Shown: positions 44,283 to 58,444 of the stretch, one piece after another | Layout: the number at the start of each line of letters is the position of its first letter | Position numbering within the stretch: position 1 is the stretch's first letter | Source of the DNA: Euglena gracilis | Taxonomy: Eukaryota | Direction: 5' to 3' | Assembly: GCA_039621445.1 (NCBI GenBank) | Contig: CP154954.1 | Span: forward strand, 15,766,140-15,830,139 | DNA: 64,000 nucleotides | Translations under genes and position numbers: made by a program | Notes under the pieces: model-generated | What the model saw: the letters and a program-made list of their open reading frames with translations, nothing else | What the model was told of the DNA's origin: nothing | Database searches by the model: none

Positions 44283-46920
44283 GGAACCCAGTTTCCTTGT
44301 AGATTCAAACTTTTTTCTATGCACCATTTGAAAAATGGCCTTAGAAGGCTGTTGAAAAGGTCCTTTCTGCCACCCCCCCCCCTTTGTCAGGTAGTAATAG
44401 ATTACCTGACTGTCCACTGAAGCACTGTTTCCCCAGGTCTGATGAGGGATTTCACTGTGATGATGGCTGCACGTAATTATTTTACGTTGATATGGAACTT
44501 TCTCTCCAGCACTCCTGGACAATTTCTCCTGTGTGAATGTCCAGCCCCTCCAGGCATGGGTGCTCCATTGTTGCAATTTGGAGGAAAGGTCTGCCCCCCC
44601 AGATGTCCAGCAGATTTTTTTTCCCTCAATTGGGCTGTTATGTCCTTAGAAATTGCATGCTTTGAATCCGATGGCTGCAGACTTGTTGACCAAAATTTTT
44701 GTTAAGGAGTCTGTAAAAGTCCTTAAGAAGGGCAGGGCCATGAGGTTGCACCTGTCTTTGTCCAAAATGGCAGCTAACTGCCTTTTCGACATGAAATATT
44801 TTTTCACTGTTTTTCCCATCTCCTTTTTTATAGTTTTCACCTTTGGGGAGGAATTTGCAATTTTCCCTCTTGAAAATTGAACTTGAAGCCCAAATGGTTT
44901 ACAACTTGTGTGGGTTCTAGGGATGATTTTTTGACATTTTTTTTGAAACCTGAACCGATTAGTTCTCTGAAAACCTTGTTCAGGTGTTTTTGCAGAGAAT
45001 TTTTGGTGGGGGCAACCAATAAAATGGCGTCCAGGTAAATAAAAACCTGGATTCCCTTTTTCCTCCAACGTTTTTCGAATGTCTTCATGACTAACAGAAA
45101 AATTTGTGGCATCACATTTACGCCAAAACAGCCTGCTTTGAACTCCCAAGTTTGTCCCCCACCTGATGCCTTAGAAAAGGTTTTAAGGTTCGGTTCACCG
45201 GAATATGAAAAAATGCGTCTTTCAGGTCGATTTTGGCTGCCCATTGGCCCTTCTCCAAAACTTGGATAATGTTTTGAATGTGATCCAATTTGAAGGCTTT
45301 CACAGGGAATTTTTGGTTTATTTCCCTGCAGCCGCTTATGAATATCCACTTCGTTTGCCCCCCCTCCTCTGGTTTTGAGATCAAGAGCCAGGGAATTGTA
45401 TGCTGGGTTCCTGAATCCTGAAAATTCTTTATGAACCCTGATTTTTCGTAATCCAACAGGACTTTTTCTGCCTGGTTCAGGTCCAGGTTGGCACCGTTTT
45501 TTGGATGCGTGGACAATTTTGTGGGGTTGACCCAAAGGGGTTGAATGCCATCTTTTATAAGTTGGCAGGTTGCTGGGGGGGGCATTTTTCTGAAACCATT
45601 TTAGACTTTTTTGCAGTCTCTGGTTTTGGGGGGTGTCTCCCCATTTTTGCTGCATGGAATTTATTTCCCCAATCAGTTCATTTTCTGGGGGTTGAGTGGG
45701 GGGTTTTGGACACTGCACCCCTGGTGCCCCTAGTGATTGAGCATTCTGCAAGGGATGCTGGGGGGGGTGTGCATGCTCTTCTCACAGGCTCTCCGATTGT
45801 CCACTGTGTCATTGGTGTTGTCAATTGACATACCACAGGGCCCTTTTTTTGGTTCTCCCCCTGGCTTTGATTTGCCCCTGCCATGAGCATTGAAGAAGAC
45901 TCTGGAGGGGGGGGCTGCCCCCCTGTCCTCCACTGCCCCTTTTGGGGCATCCTCCTGGGGCTGCCAATGGTGTAGTACACTGAAACCAGTTGTTGTGGGA
46001 CAATCTTTTAGCTTCTGGGGTTTCTCCCTTTCCGACAATTGAAGGCCCCAATGGCCCTGAAATTGTTGATCTTGGGCCTGATGATGGCCCTAGTGGCCTT
46101 GATGAGAATAATTCTGTACACAGTGGCCGTGATAGCAATTCTGGCCCCACTGGCCCTCTTGATGTTGAGCCCACTGGCCCTCTTGAAACTTTGACACTCT
46201 CCATTGACTTGTCTTTCATCTGGGACGCCATGCCCATTGAAAATCTTTGGGGGCTTCTGGGGGCCACTCCTTAAAAGGGCTACCCCTGAAAGGTTTTGGG
46301 GCTGGAAATCGTGAGGGGTTTTTGGGGCCCCACCCTTGACCCCTGGGGGGTGATGTGAATGAGAAAGAATAGGGGTGTTGTGATTGACCTTTTCTGCCCC
46401 TCCCATGGGCTGTGAGGCCTTGGTACAGATGACCCCCTTGGCCTTTGTTCTGGCGACTTTTGGAGACGTGGATGCCTTCGTGGCTGGCTGTGCCTTCATG
46501 GCCTGTGGTGCCTTCATGGCCTGTGCAGTTTTGACTGCCATAGCCCCGCTTGAACCCATTGTGTGTTTTGGATTGTTGGCCCCAATGGCCCTTGCACTAA
46601 AGGACGTGTTGGCCTGCTGGTTGCTTCTTCTGCTCCCTCCGCGGTCTTCTGAACACTGTCTGCCAGGTTCCGTGGCTCTCACTGGGGAGGGGGGGGGTTG
46701 GTTTTTTGAAATTTCTGATGGGTAAGAGGCAGCCACGGTTCGCAACGGTCGGTCCGCGCCATCAGGTTGTCCAGCTTCGGCTGCCGCCTCTTGAAGTTCT
46801 CCAGCGCTGTGTTTCTTTGAAATTGCATCTTTCATTGAACTTCTTCCAAAAAATCAACAATTTCTTCTTTTTGTTCTGCACGAGCGTGTCTTTCCGGATA
46901 ATTGAATTGAAGTGAATTGA
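44283..46920 (-). mobile_element. DIRS copy 4 (ORF1, RT, RH), both ends missing
   Basis: KIDLKDAFFHIP, YLDAILL and RCNLMALPFL on the - strand. Confidence 0.9.
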
Positions 46921-46944
46921 CTTCTTCTTCTTCCAAGTGATAAG

Positions 46945-49900
46945 TCGTACTCACTCGAGGCAAGCCGACCAGGGAGGAAGGGACACCGAGGGCGAATCAC
47001 AAAGACCTTGTGAGGCCATGCCTTGCTCGCCGGCGGTGTTGTTTGGAATTTTTGCTGTGTTGGGTTAGGAGTCCCTGCTTAGTGCCGCCTCGCCGGAGTT
47101 GGCTGACGATGCTGTTCCGACGTGGCGACGTGACTTCTTGCCCCTGGGGTGGGGTCCCCCCCCTCTGCCCCCCCTGGCCCCCATTTTCTGACCGAGGGCT
47201 TTTGAAGACTAATTTTCTTTTACGGGTGGGGGGGGGTCGGGCTCACAAGGCCTTTGTGCTTCGACCTCGGTGACCCTTCCTCCCCGGTCGGTTTGCCTCG
47301 AGGGAGTACGAGACACCTCGGGCTCCACACTTTGCCATTGTGAGGCCTTATTGTGCACTGAAATTAGCGGTCCATGGCATTTTCCAGGGCACCTTTGGCA
47401 CCAAGCCGTTGATAGTGGGCTGTAAAAGCCTCCACTCCCCTCGACTGGCCAATCTCACAAACTTCTTGGGCAGGAAGGCCCAATTTTTTTAGTAAACCAA
47501 ATCCAGCTCCACTGGTGGAGTGGGCCCCCCACACCTGGGGTGGTACCCCCTTTTTGACCAAAAATATTTTGTGATGGAACCAATGGTATCTGCACTTATG
47601 GCTTTGAAGGGGGGTTTTAGTGAAATCAGAAGGGGGTCCCAGGTCTGACGAAGGAACGTGTGGCAGCTACATAAGACATCATTAAATGAAATGGGCTTAT
47701 TTGTGGACATTGGGGAATGGACACCACCCTCTCCCACTTGTGAAACTTTTGGCATTTAGGCTCAATTTTGATATAGGCCGCCCTACCCAACACACTGGTG
47801 GTTCGTTTGACTTGTGCCAAGTCAGAGGACCTGTATGAACAGAGAATTTGTGAGCAAAAAATAAGCTGTGTACGCAATGTACAAATATCAGTGGGCATTA
47901 AGGCCTTGCCCAGCCCCAGGAGGATTGGGGGGGGATCCCAAAATGCCCCATACTTCTCCAGATTTTGGTTCCAAAGCCTCTTATAAGGGGTCAACAGTAT
48001 GTGGAATCTTAGCCTACCAAACCCAGGAATCAAAAGCATTGCACTATATGCATTACGGGCTTGTGCCTTGGAAAACCAGAATAATTGTATTAAAAGTGTC
48101 AGCCACTTGGTCAGTGGTGGCTTCAGGGGGGCACCCCATTTGCTCCTAAATTACCCGCAGAACAGCAAAAGCACTCTGATAACGTTTTAAACTGGGGTTT
48201 CTCCCCAGGAAATTGTCAATGGTTTTAACCTGAATTTGTTTACCCTCCAAAATTTTCCTGAGCAAATCATGCAAAGGAGGGGCCACCTGGGGGGTGGCAT
48301 TTGTTCCCTCCTGCAATTGGTGAACATGCCCTTGTAGGGGGTGACTTTCAGGCAGGTGGTCCCCGGAACTTTAATTTTTATTAATTGGCTGAATCCTAGT
48401 GAGCAAATATGTGGCTGAATCCTAGTAGGGGGTGACCATCAAAACTTTGGCCTGGGGAAAATTTTTCAACCTGGGTAGAAATTTCTGAATGATTGACCAG
48501 GGGGGTTTGTATAAAGTCTTTCATGTTGTCCAGAGGAGATTGTAATGCATTTACTGCTGTGGCCTCCCAATTGGGCCACCTGCACACGAAATTGGGCAAT
48601 TTTTTGTTGCCTGGAGAGGCAAATAAATATGTTTCCAGATTTATGAAATTTTGGAAATGCTGTCTGAGTCATTGAAAATGTTGGGGGTCTAAAGAATACT
48701 CCCCCCTGTCCATTTCCCATCTGCTTATGGGGTCTGCCAGGCATTCTTTTGAAGGCACCCAGTTCACTTGGAGGTTTACTTGGTGCTCTAGGCACCATTT
48801 GAAAATGGTCTTAGCATTGTGTTGAAAGGGTCCTTTCTGGCGCCCCCCCTTTGGTAAGGCAATAGTAAATTACCTAGTTGTCTACGGAAAAATAAACTGT
48901 TTCCCCAGGTTTGCTCAAACTTTTCACAGTGCTGATTGATGCACTGAGCTTCTTTGCGTTTATGTGTAAAATTGAGTATTTTCTCCGAAATTCCGGCATG
49001 TCCAGCCCCCCCCCCCCTCCAAGGCATGGGTGCTGCTGTCTGAGTGTAATGCATTTTGGGGGATAGGTATGCCTCCCCAGGTGTCCAGTAGAATTTTTAT
49101 TTCCCTTAATTGGGCCTTGATTTCCTGGGAAATGGGGTGTTTTGAGTCCCAGAGGGCTGTTGACTTTGCCACCAAAAAAATTGCCAGGGTGTCCGTAAAA
49201 GCCCTTAAAAAGGGCAGGGTCATTAGATTGCATCTACATGTAATCTTTTTCAAACTTTTCCTAATTCCTTTTTTGATGGTTTTGACTTTCTGAGGGGGCA
49301 TCTGTAACTTTCCTTCCTGGAAGTTTAGTTGAAAACCCAGATGGGTTACCACTTGTGTGTGCTGCACGGTGGACTTTTCCATATTATTTTTGAACCCTGA
49401 ATTCAGCAAATATTTGACGACTCTGTTCAGGTGATTTTGCAAAATATTTTTGGTGGGGGCCACCAGTAAAATGTCGTCCGGGTAAATAAAGACCTGGATG
49501 CCTCTTTTTCTCCACAATGTTTTGAATTTTTTCATCACTGACATGAAAATTTGGGGCATTACATTAAGCCCAAAGCAGCCTGTTGAAATTTCCAGGTCTG
49601 CCCCCCTAACTGATGCCTCAAAAATGGCCTTAGGCCTGGACATAGTGGAACATTAAAAAAGGCATCTTTCAGGTCTATTTTTGCTGCCCAGTGGCCTTTT
49701 TCCAAAACTGGAAAAATGTTCTGGATATGATCCAGTTTGAAAGTTTTTACTTGAAACAGCTGATTTATTAATCTGCAGTCGCTGATCGTTCTCCATTTTG
49801 TTGTTCCCCCTTCTGGTTTCGAAATTAGAAACCATGGTATTAAATGCTGGGTGTCTGAATCCCAAACTCGTTTTGTTGACCCAGTTTTTTCTGCCTGGTT

Positions 49901-50212
49901 TTGGTCCAAGTTGGCTCTGGGTTTTGGGTAGGTGGACAACTTGCGGGGATATACCCAGGGTGGTTGAATTCCATTTTTTATCAATTGACATGTTGCTGGG
50001 AGGGCATTTTTGACCACCATTTTAGACATTTCTGAAGTCTCTGGTACAGGGGGGTATCTCCCCATTTTTCCTCCATGGAATTTATTTCCTGAATTAGATT
50101 ATTCTTTTGGGGCTAGGTGGGGGGTGTTGGACATTACACAGGCCCTAGAGCCCCTAGGGCTTGAGTCCTTGGAAAAGCAAATGTTCCTGGGGGGATGTGC
50201 ATGCACTCTCCT

Positions 50213-50285
<73 letters not shown>

Positions 50286-52064
50286 GGAAGATCTTGTTGT
50301 TGGAGTACACACCATAGGGCTTACTGCCCCTGTTTGGCCGATCTGGACTGCTTGATGTTGATTGGGTTGGTAGCCATATCATAGGGGGCATCTGAGGGTC
50401 CCCCCCCTTGTTGATTGAATAAATGCTGGTAGGGAGTCTCCCCCTTCCTGTTGCCAGCTGGCCCATGGGGGGCCATCTTCCTCTTGGGGCTGCCCATCTA
50501 AATACAAAGCCCTTGCAGGGCTGTCCATTAGCTTCTGGGTGGCCTGTGAAGGACCCCCCCTGTGGCTTTTTGTAATTTCTGATATTCTTGTTGAACTTAC
50601 TGGCCCCAGTGGCCGTGATGTTAAAGGCTTCAATGGCCTGATTGGGTTCTGGGTCGCCATGCCCATTTGAAATCTTGAGGGGTTCTTGTGGCTCCACCCT
50701 TGACCCTCGGGGGGTGGTGTGATTGAGAAAGGAAGGGGGTGGTGTGTCTGACCTTTTCTGCCCCTGCCATGTCCTGTGGGGTCTGCTGGTGGGCGCCTTG
50801 GCCTTTGTTCCAGCGAGTTTTGATGCTATAGATGCCTTCATGGCCGGTTGTGCCGTCATGGCCTTCATGGCCTGTGCGGTTTTGGCTTCCATAGCCCCGC
50901 TTAAATGCATTGTGTGTTTTGAATCGTTGGCCCCCCATGGCCCTGGTTCCAATGGCCGTAGTGGCCTGCTGGTTGTTGTCCTTGCCCCTTGCGGGGTCTT
51001 CTGACCACGTCTTCCAGGGTCCGTGGTTATCACTTTGGGGGGTTTGGGTTGTGGAAGTTTCTTTTGGCGAAATGTCTTTTTGGGAAGGGGCAGCCACGGT
51101 TTGCCACAGTGTTAATGGGTCCTTAACCAACAATTTGACGTAAATTGGTCCTTGGGCTTGGAAAATCACTGAAATTCCCTTTTTGGATTTCAGTCGAATT
51201 AAAAGTTCGGAAAAGTTTCTGTGGGTACGCCTTTGAAGCCTGAACCCCTATTTTGGCCTTTCTGGCCTTAACTGGCGAAATTTCCTGGACCAGTCGGCCG
51301 AATTTTTTCGGTCGGTAGGAACAGAGCAAATTCCTAGATAAGCGCAGCCCCAAATCGAACCCCCCAATTTCCAACTCAATCTCGCACAAAGGCTTCTTAT
51401 CCTACCCAATGGACTGGCGAACACTACAAAAAAAATCAATTGTTTGTGCTTTGAAAAACCTGAATTTGATAAAAAAATTCAATTTCAAGGTTGATTTTGA
51501 AAAGCTCAAGAGCAAGAGAAGAAAAGCTTGAATACATTGAACAAAGGCCGGCGGCCCCCTCAAAAAAAAAACCCTGTGGCTGAAGGATCCAAAGAAAGTT
51601 CGACCCAAAGAAAGGGTTTTCAACAGTCGCCCCGCGCCGTCAGCTGCTGTCCAGCTGCTGCTGCTTCTGCTGCTCCCTCTTGAAGTTCTCCAGCGCTGTT
51701 CGTTTTGGATACGCATCTTTCATTGAAATCTTCAGAAACTTCAAAAATTTCAGCTTCGAGATTCTGCTGAGCGTCTTTTTCTGTATAATTTAAAATTGGC
51801 CGATTGACCTCTTCCTCTTCCAATTGGCAAGGTGTTTGGCGTTCCTTTCTTCTGGGTGCCGAAGGGAAAATTTGGATTCAGCCAACTCCGGGGAAAAAAG
51901 GCACTAAGCAGGGACTGCTAACCAAATGCACCAAACAATCCAACCAACGGCGACAAAAAGGCACTGAGCGGGGACTCCTAACCAAATGCAGCAAGCAATC
52001 CACACAGCACCGCCGGCGAGCAAGGCATGTGCTCACAAAGGCAAAGTGCGGAGCCCGAGGTGTC
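46945..52064 (-). mobile_element. DIRS copy 5, all parts present but decayed; 5' region possibly chimeric (extra sequence ~51130-51620)
   Basis: Right end 46945, ICR ~47242-47346, YR ~47364-48200, MT, RH, RT ~49300-50065, left ITR ~51878-52064. Confidence 0.88.
50208..50285. repeat. (TC)n microsatellite expanded inside DIRS copy 5
   Basis: Directly visible. Copy 1 has only a short GA run at the homologous site. Confidence 0.9.
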
Positions 52065-52602
52065 GCCTCACTTAGCCCTCGGTGTCCCTTCCTCCCCTGG
52101 TAGGTGCCGACAGCCCACTTCCGCCGCCAAAACGCAGTAAGGGGGGGGGGGATGCGAAGAAAACCAAGGAACAACAGGCGGAAAGAAACGCCCTATCAAG
52201 CCAAAGCGTGGAGCAACGGTGCGGAGCAAGGGTGCGGAGCTCGGGTGTCCCCCCTGACTGCTTGAAGAAAAGTCAACTGATGCCTTCTTTGCGGTTTTAT
52301 GTCATTCGGCACCTGACCAACCTTGGGTGTGGGTTGGGTGTGGGGGGGGGGGGTTGGGCGGAGACAAAATTCTCACACTTCAAGGCCATTTTTAGAATAA
52401 TGAAACGAGAAATGAAATGTGCAAAAACGGACGTTCCAACATAGTCAAATGGTTTTTCAGCGGTTGTTCCCCCACCTGCAACTCCAAAAGCAAAGTTCCC
52501 CAAAGTTTTGTTGTTTTGGCAGCTCAGATGGGCTTGAGGCGAACCGCCAGGATGTTCAAACGTTGCGGAGATTGTGTAATTCGTCGCGTGGAGTGGTCAG
52601 GA

Positions 52603-52712
52603 TCACTTGGGCGGGCACATCTCCTGTGCATAGCCCTCCAGCTGCTTCACCTGCACCAGGTTGTTGTTGTACGCGTTGTCCTTCTGGCACCAGCCTTGCA
52701 AGGATCGATGCC
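52603..52712 (-). CDS. Terminal exon of a dual-specificity phosphatase (RHRSLQGWCQKDNAYNNNLVQVKQLEGYAQEMCPPK*)
   Basis: In-frame join across a stem-closed intron restores the R-x-x-R-x-x-S-like motif and the Q-loop region. Confidence 0.75.
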
Positions 52713-53012
52713 GCTGCCAGGTGTGGTCTCATGGCTGGAGAGGCTGTGTATGAGGCTTTCTGGAGATATCAGCGACAAAAAAAATGCTGCCTGCGGGAAT
52801 TCGTTGCCTCAGGTTTTTTCTGTGCGTGCCAAGTTTTTCCACGCTTTTTTCTAAAAAAAAGAATGGAAAAGGCTCAAATTTACCTCAAGCCCCAAAAAAA
52901 TTCGATGTCTTCCCAAAAACCGTCTGAGTTCTGGTTGCCCAATTTATCAGGATCAATTTTGTATATGGCTCTGTTAAACATGTGTATCACTCCCAACAAA
53001 ATTCATCATCAT

Positions 53013-53608
53013 CAGGGCAGAAAGGGAAGGCCTGGCTGGGGGGGGGGGTCGAACACCCCCAGCCACCACAGCATTTTTACCAATTTTGGGACATGGATTT
53101 TGGATGGGGAACGTTTTTGAAATTTTTTTTAATTTTTTTTAAAAAAATAACCCAAAATGCATGATTTTTCGATGGAAAACTACACTTTTTCACAAAAAAT
53201 GTCAAAAAATTAAGGTTTAAAAATTTGTAGTTTTAGGAGGGGGGTGAAAAAAACGAAGGTCAAAAAATTGGAGCAAATTTTGGCACAATCAGATTTTACT
53301 GACATTTTTGTCTCTTGGAAATATTTTGGATTTTTAATGGCATTCTTTGCTTCAAAAACCTCCCGAATCAAAATTTTGCGAAAATGTTGAAATTTTGGAA
53401 GGTGCGAAATAATAGAATTTTGGGGGTTTTCGGGGGGCCTCCTACATGGGTCCAAAAATGGGTCCAAAATACACCCAGCGCCGAAGGCGCCGGGAGATTT
53501 TTTGGGTCCAAAAATTGGTCCCACCAGAACAATGGGAAGAGGTGGGGGGGTCGACCCCCCCCCCCCACCCACCACCCTGGCTGTTTGGCCGATTCCCGTT
53601 CTGCCCTG
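53013..53608. mobile_element. hAT-like MITE inside a non-conventional intron
   Basis: TIR CAGGGCAGAA.GGGAA / TTCCCGTTCTGCCCTG. Perfect 8-bp TSD ATCATCAT. Confidence 0.88.
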
Positions 53609-53645
53609 ATCATCATCCAGTTCAGGGGTGAGGAACACCTGAGGC

Positions 53646-53765
53646 GGAAGCGCTGCAAGTGCGCGACCGCCTTCGCGGGGGTCAGCCCCCCGAACCGGCA
53701 CAGGTACGCCGCCAGCAGCATCCCCGTGCGGCCCTCCCCCGCGTGGCAGTGCACCACCGCCGGGC
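53646..53765 (-). CDS. Catalytic exon of the DUSP23-like phosphatase
   Basis: AVVHCHAGEGRTGMLLAAYL contains the HCx5R signature. Confidence 0.9.
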
Positions 53766-55409
53766 CTGGGGCGTGGCCCGCGACACCGGGCCTCTCCCCC
53801 TCACCCCAAACTAATGGTGGTCCCCTTTTTGCCAGCCAAATCCTGACCAAAGACAACTACGCTAAAAAATGGTGGGCAGCATCATACTACTGCCCCCCCC
53901 CCCCGCCACCAATGGTATGGTGGGGGTGATCACTCCCACTTTATGAAGCATCAGTGCCCAGGTCTGCGGAGTGCTTCGGCAATCCATTTCTGGACGGTTT
54001 TCAAAATGGCCGAGATGTGTCGTAGATTTAGGGCAAAAATTTATCCCAAATTTTCAGGAAAATTATCCAAATAAGGCAAAAAATAAGGCTGAACCCTGAC
54101 CCAGTCTTTGGCCCCAAATCTCCGTGACGTATTACACCCCGAGCATCGAAATACGTGGAGTCCTGGAAGGGAAATGCCAAAATCGGGGATCGATCCCTGA
54201 GCGCTTTGAATACCATTTTCATCCTTTGTCCAAGATCGATCTGCAATCCACAAGCTCATTTTCAGTTCGAGAATTCGTCATTGGCATCCTGCTGAGCCAG
54301 GGCCTGTCAGTGTATATTACAGAAAAATGGCTGAGACTGAGGGTGAGATGAGACTGTGTTGCATGATTGAGGGCCTCCAGGGGTAGGTACATTTCGTCAG
54401 ACCGGCATTTCTGGAAATAATGTACGTTTTCTCAAGATATTTTCGAAAGTTTGATTTTTGACCGATTTTTGGACCGTGGCAAAATGGCAGAGTCAGAAGA
54501 GGGGGGGGGGGCAAACCTACCCAGTTTGGAACCCCTTTGCAGGTGAATAACTCCGGCCTGGCGGGGAGTTGGGGGTCAAACGGAGGTGATTCGGAAACTA
54601 GAAATCCAGTCGCTCGCAACTGAAAAAAAAAATTCTGGGAACCTGAGGTCATAGTGACAACCTACGGTTTTCACGGTCTACCCAGGGCGGGGGGGTTCTA
54701 CCCCCCTTTTCCCCGGTGGTAAGCTTCGCCCTTGCTCATAAAGGGATAATACCTCAGCAACCCCCACCCATTTATAACCCCCCCTTTTCGGCTGACAAAC
54801 CAAACCAGATTCCACAAACCCCGGGGGGTTAAAAACTGGGGGGGGGCAGAGTTCAAAGTTGTTACTTTTGTCCCCAGGCCCTGGGTGTCCTGGCCTCGGT
54901 GTTCGAAACATAATTTTTTTTGCGAGGTTGCGCATCGGCGCAATTTTACAATCACTTTCAAAGCTACGTGTGTGTTAGGCCGCCTCAGTGAGTTTTGGGA
55001 GTCAATTGTTGTGTTTTTCAAAAAGAGTGTTGATTTGCGCAAATGCCCTCATCGTCACTTAAAAAAAGCTTAAGTGCATGGCAGCGACCGGGGTGACCGC
55101 CGAGAATTGAGCTCAGCGGTTTTTGCAATAATATTTCTCTGCTTTCTTGACCCCAGTGACGATTCCAAAGGTATCAAAACAACAACAACAAAGGAGATTT
55201 TTGGGGGGGTTTACCTCCCCACAAGGCCAATTATCACCCCCCATTTGCCGTTTTAGGTGCCGACACGCTGGCCCATGTTCCTGCGCGCTTTTGTGGACCA
55301 AAACGGCCATTTTAGGGTGTTTTGGGGGCTGTTTTTTTGCTCAAAAAAATCGGTTTTTCCAAAATACCTCGACAATGATGAAAAATTTAAAAAAAATGTC
55401 TGGAGAGCA

Positions 55410-56092
55410 AAAATGAAGCCCTTGGAATGCCCTATCCAAGCATGGTTTACTTTTCCCCGCAACTCTTCGTGTAGCCCGAGTTACGGCCATTTTTCGGCCA
55501 ATTTTGGCCCATTTCTGGGGCCATTTTGGGCCGCTTTCGGGGTCAAAAATCGATGTTTTCAAAAATATCTCAAAAGTGAAGTAAAAATCAAAAGAAATGT
55601 CCGGAGACCTAAATTGAAACTCTGAAAATGCCCTATCTAACGTTATTTTGATTTCCCCACCCAGCCCGAAATATGGCCGATTTACGGCCCAAAGCAGCGC
55701 GGCAGGCTTGCGACTCTGGGGTCAAAAATCAATTTTCCTAAATGTCCGGAGGCCCAAATTGAAGCCCTTGAAATGCCCGATCTAAGGGTATTTTGATTTC
55801 CCCGCAACACCCTGCCCAGCCCGAGTTACGGCTATTTTCCGGTCAATTTTGGCCATTTTGCACAGTTTTGGCCTGTTCTGACTTTTTATGACCGTTTTCG
55901 GCAATTTTTAGTTCAAAAAAAGTCGAAACAAATCGAAAAAAAATTGCCCGAAACGATGTTTTTTTTGGCCCCCGGCACCCAGGAAAACGGTTTTCGAGCC
56001 GAAATTGAGTGTTTTTCGATTCAGAACGATGTTTTTGGGCCTCCCGGACCGTAAAAGCTGTCTTTGAGCCGAAAATGAGTGTTTTTCGGCTC
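55410..56092. repeat. Intronic repeat: three degenerate units, plus a segment (~55940-56090) shared with ~6180-6265
   Basis: AATGCCC.ATC.AA...AGCCCGA..TA.GGC occurs three times. AAAATTGCCCGAAACGATGTTTTTTTTTGGCC is present at both loci. Confidence 0.75.
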
Positions 56093-56686
56093 ATGCACTT
56101 TGGCTGGCCCGGGCCCCCAGGCCCCCGGTCGGGCCGGGCCACCGCGCGGGGCCGGGCAATGCCGCCGGCCGGGCCGGGCCGCCGGGTTGCCGACCGCCTC
56201 AAACGTGTGCCACACACCTGAAACATCTGCAGCAGCATGGCACCGTCGCACAAGGGATGGGAAGGTTTTTTCCCTTGAGGACCGCCCCTTGACTGATAAA
56301 CGGGGTTTTGTGTGGTGCTGAGCTCTTCAGGTGTGGACCACCCTGATACAAACAGAGAGCTCCAACAAGCTGGGGCTTGCAATTGCTATGCGTGGCCACA
56401 TTTTAACGATGCAGGCTCGCTGCCCCCGCCCCCCCGTGTCTGTAACCCTATCTGAGCGGCTCTTCGGGTTTGGCTGATTGCTTTGTCAAGCCAGTATGAC
56501 GACCCTAACCCTAACCCTATACCTACACACACACACACACACATGCACATAAAAATAATATATATGTACATATATTATACATGGAGACGATCCAACCAAA
56601 GAGATACAGGGCCGGTCACGGCCAGTCGACCGTGGCCGCAGCCAGGCCCTGCCCCGCTCCACCAGCGGCCGGCCGCGCCCCAGCCA

Positions 56687-56790
56687 GGTGGCCCGCCTCG
56701 ACGCACGCGTGGATGCGGGCCACGCAGCGGTCGCAGTCCGCGAAGGAGGGGGCGCCGCCGTTGGGGCCCACCGCCGTGCGGGACCAGCCC
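56687..56790 (-). CDS. Phosphatase exon (GWSRTAVGPNGGAPSFADCDRCVARIHACVEAGH)
   Basis: Fits the acid-loop/helix segment preceding VVHC; CAG acceptor. Confidence 0.7.
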
Positions 56791-57369
56791 CTGAGCGGCC
56801 GCCTCAGGGACCCCCGGGGGAGGGGCCAGCTCGGACGGGAAAGTTTGGGTTGGCTCAAAAGAGATTCCATCCCCCCTCCCGGCCTGCGGACTGGAACTGG
56901 GCCCGGCCGGGGGTCGAACCGGGTGCCAAAAGAATCGAAACCCCAAAAAACTGCCACTTAAGCAAACAGGCCAAAATATGACCAAAAACATGAGCTGCGT
57001 AGCTCGCTTTCGCCCCATTTTGTTTGGTCATTTTGGGCCTGGTTTTTATTTAAACCTCGGAAGGGAAAAAATCACTGACCGTCCACCTGCCCTTCGATCA
57101 GCTGGACGAGGCTCAAAATTCATCGACGGGACGAGACAGAGGGGGGAGGTTGCCAGGTGGCAGGGGAGGGTCCTCCCTGCAAAAGCGACGACCAAGACAG
57201 GACCCGGGTCGAACCACCCGCGGCCCGTTGCGTGGTTCGACGCGACCCAAATTTCAAGCCTGCAATAGAACCCTCCTCCAAGAGGATTAATCAACGCCAT
57301 GTTGCCTCCCGTACAATTTCCCTGTGGGGTTGTGGGTCCCTCGATCACCTTCATATGGAGCACAGTGGT

Positions 57370-57450
57370 GGGGTGGGGGTCATCACCACCACGTGCTCGA
57401 TCTGGTGCTTGTTCAGGGCGAACCGCAGGTTGCCGATGTAATGACGGCGG
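57370..57450 (-). CDS. Probable phosphatase exon (RHYIGNLRFALNKHQIEHVVVMTP); boundaries approximate
   Basis: GC3-rich island at the expected position in the domain. Confidence 0.55.
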
Positions 57451-58334
57451 CCGCGATGAACAAGCACACACACAACACAACACAAACACAAACACAAACA
57501 CGAACAAACACAACACAACAAAGCACAGCACAGCACAGCACAGCACACAGCACAACACACTCAACACACTCAACACGCACGGTCTCTGGTCTGTTCCAAA
57601 ATAAATTGTAACTAAATTACTATTTTTTTCCCGACAGATTTGGAGACAACTTCGCAGGAAGTCTGCAGGTGGACTTTCCAATGTGACAATCAGCCGGTAT
57701 TGCTCCCACGTATGCGGTGGGTCGCACTGAAGGAATTTTCTTTGTCGATGAGGGAATTTGCCGAATCGCCATTTTCCTTTGAAAATGAAAATGCTTGACT
57801 CCCAAAAACCCAATCATGTGATCGGGATGTGATGTGGTGCCCCAGGACGGATACATGGAATCAGGGATGGCAGTTTTGGATGCCTTGGAGCACGGGTCAC
57901 CACACCATAGAGGGTACATAACACCCAGCGTACACGTACATTGCCACCCTACCTCCAGAACACCACCTGGCGCTGGCAATTATCAGACAGGAAATGGGGG
58001 GGTACTGGGTTTTGGTGCTTTTCTGGGTTTATTTTTGGCACTTTGTGGGGCCCACTCTGGGGGTTTTCATGCCCCTCCGACCACTCAAAAAAAAGCAAAG
58101 TAAAATCTACCAAAGTAAGAGGAGTGACAGGGCTATTGCTCCCTCTCGATCAAAGTCACAGGAACGCCGTCGTCCAAGTCAAAAAAATTTGACCTGCAGG
58201 GCAAATGCGCACAAAGACCAAAAAAAGTGCGAGACCCGCCACCTAAGTGCCAAGGTGTCCACGTCCCAGAACCTCCCAGGGATGGTAAGGTGACAATTTT
58301 CAAATGGAGGGGGGGGTGATATGGGGCAATCCCA

Positions 58335-58444
58335 GCCGGGTGTTGCGTCTCCTCGGACAGCGTGATGAGGAGCCGGCAGTTGAGCAAGGCCAGGGCCTCT
58401 GCCTCCTCCAGCTCAGGTTTTGCACAGCCCGCCAGCTTCATCTC
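58335..58444 (-). CDS. Phosphatase exon (EMKLAGCAKPELEEAEALALLNCRLLITLSEETQH); 3' end approximate
   Basis: Resembles the LAG..P....L....LVSLTE segment of DUSP23-type enzymes. Confidence 0.75.

Noticed and set aside
56502-56520. Interstitial telomeric CCCTAA repeats
   Set aside because: Only 2-3 units; not distinguishable from chance.
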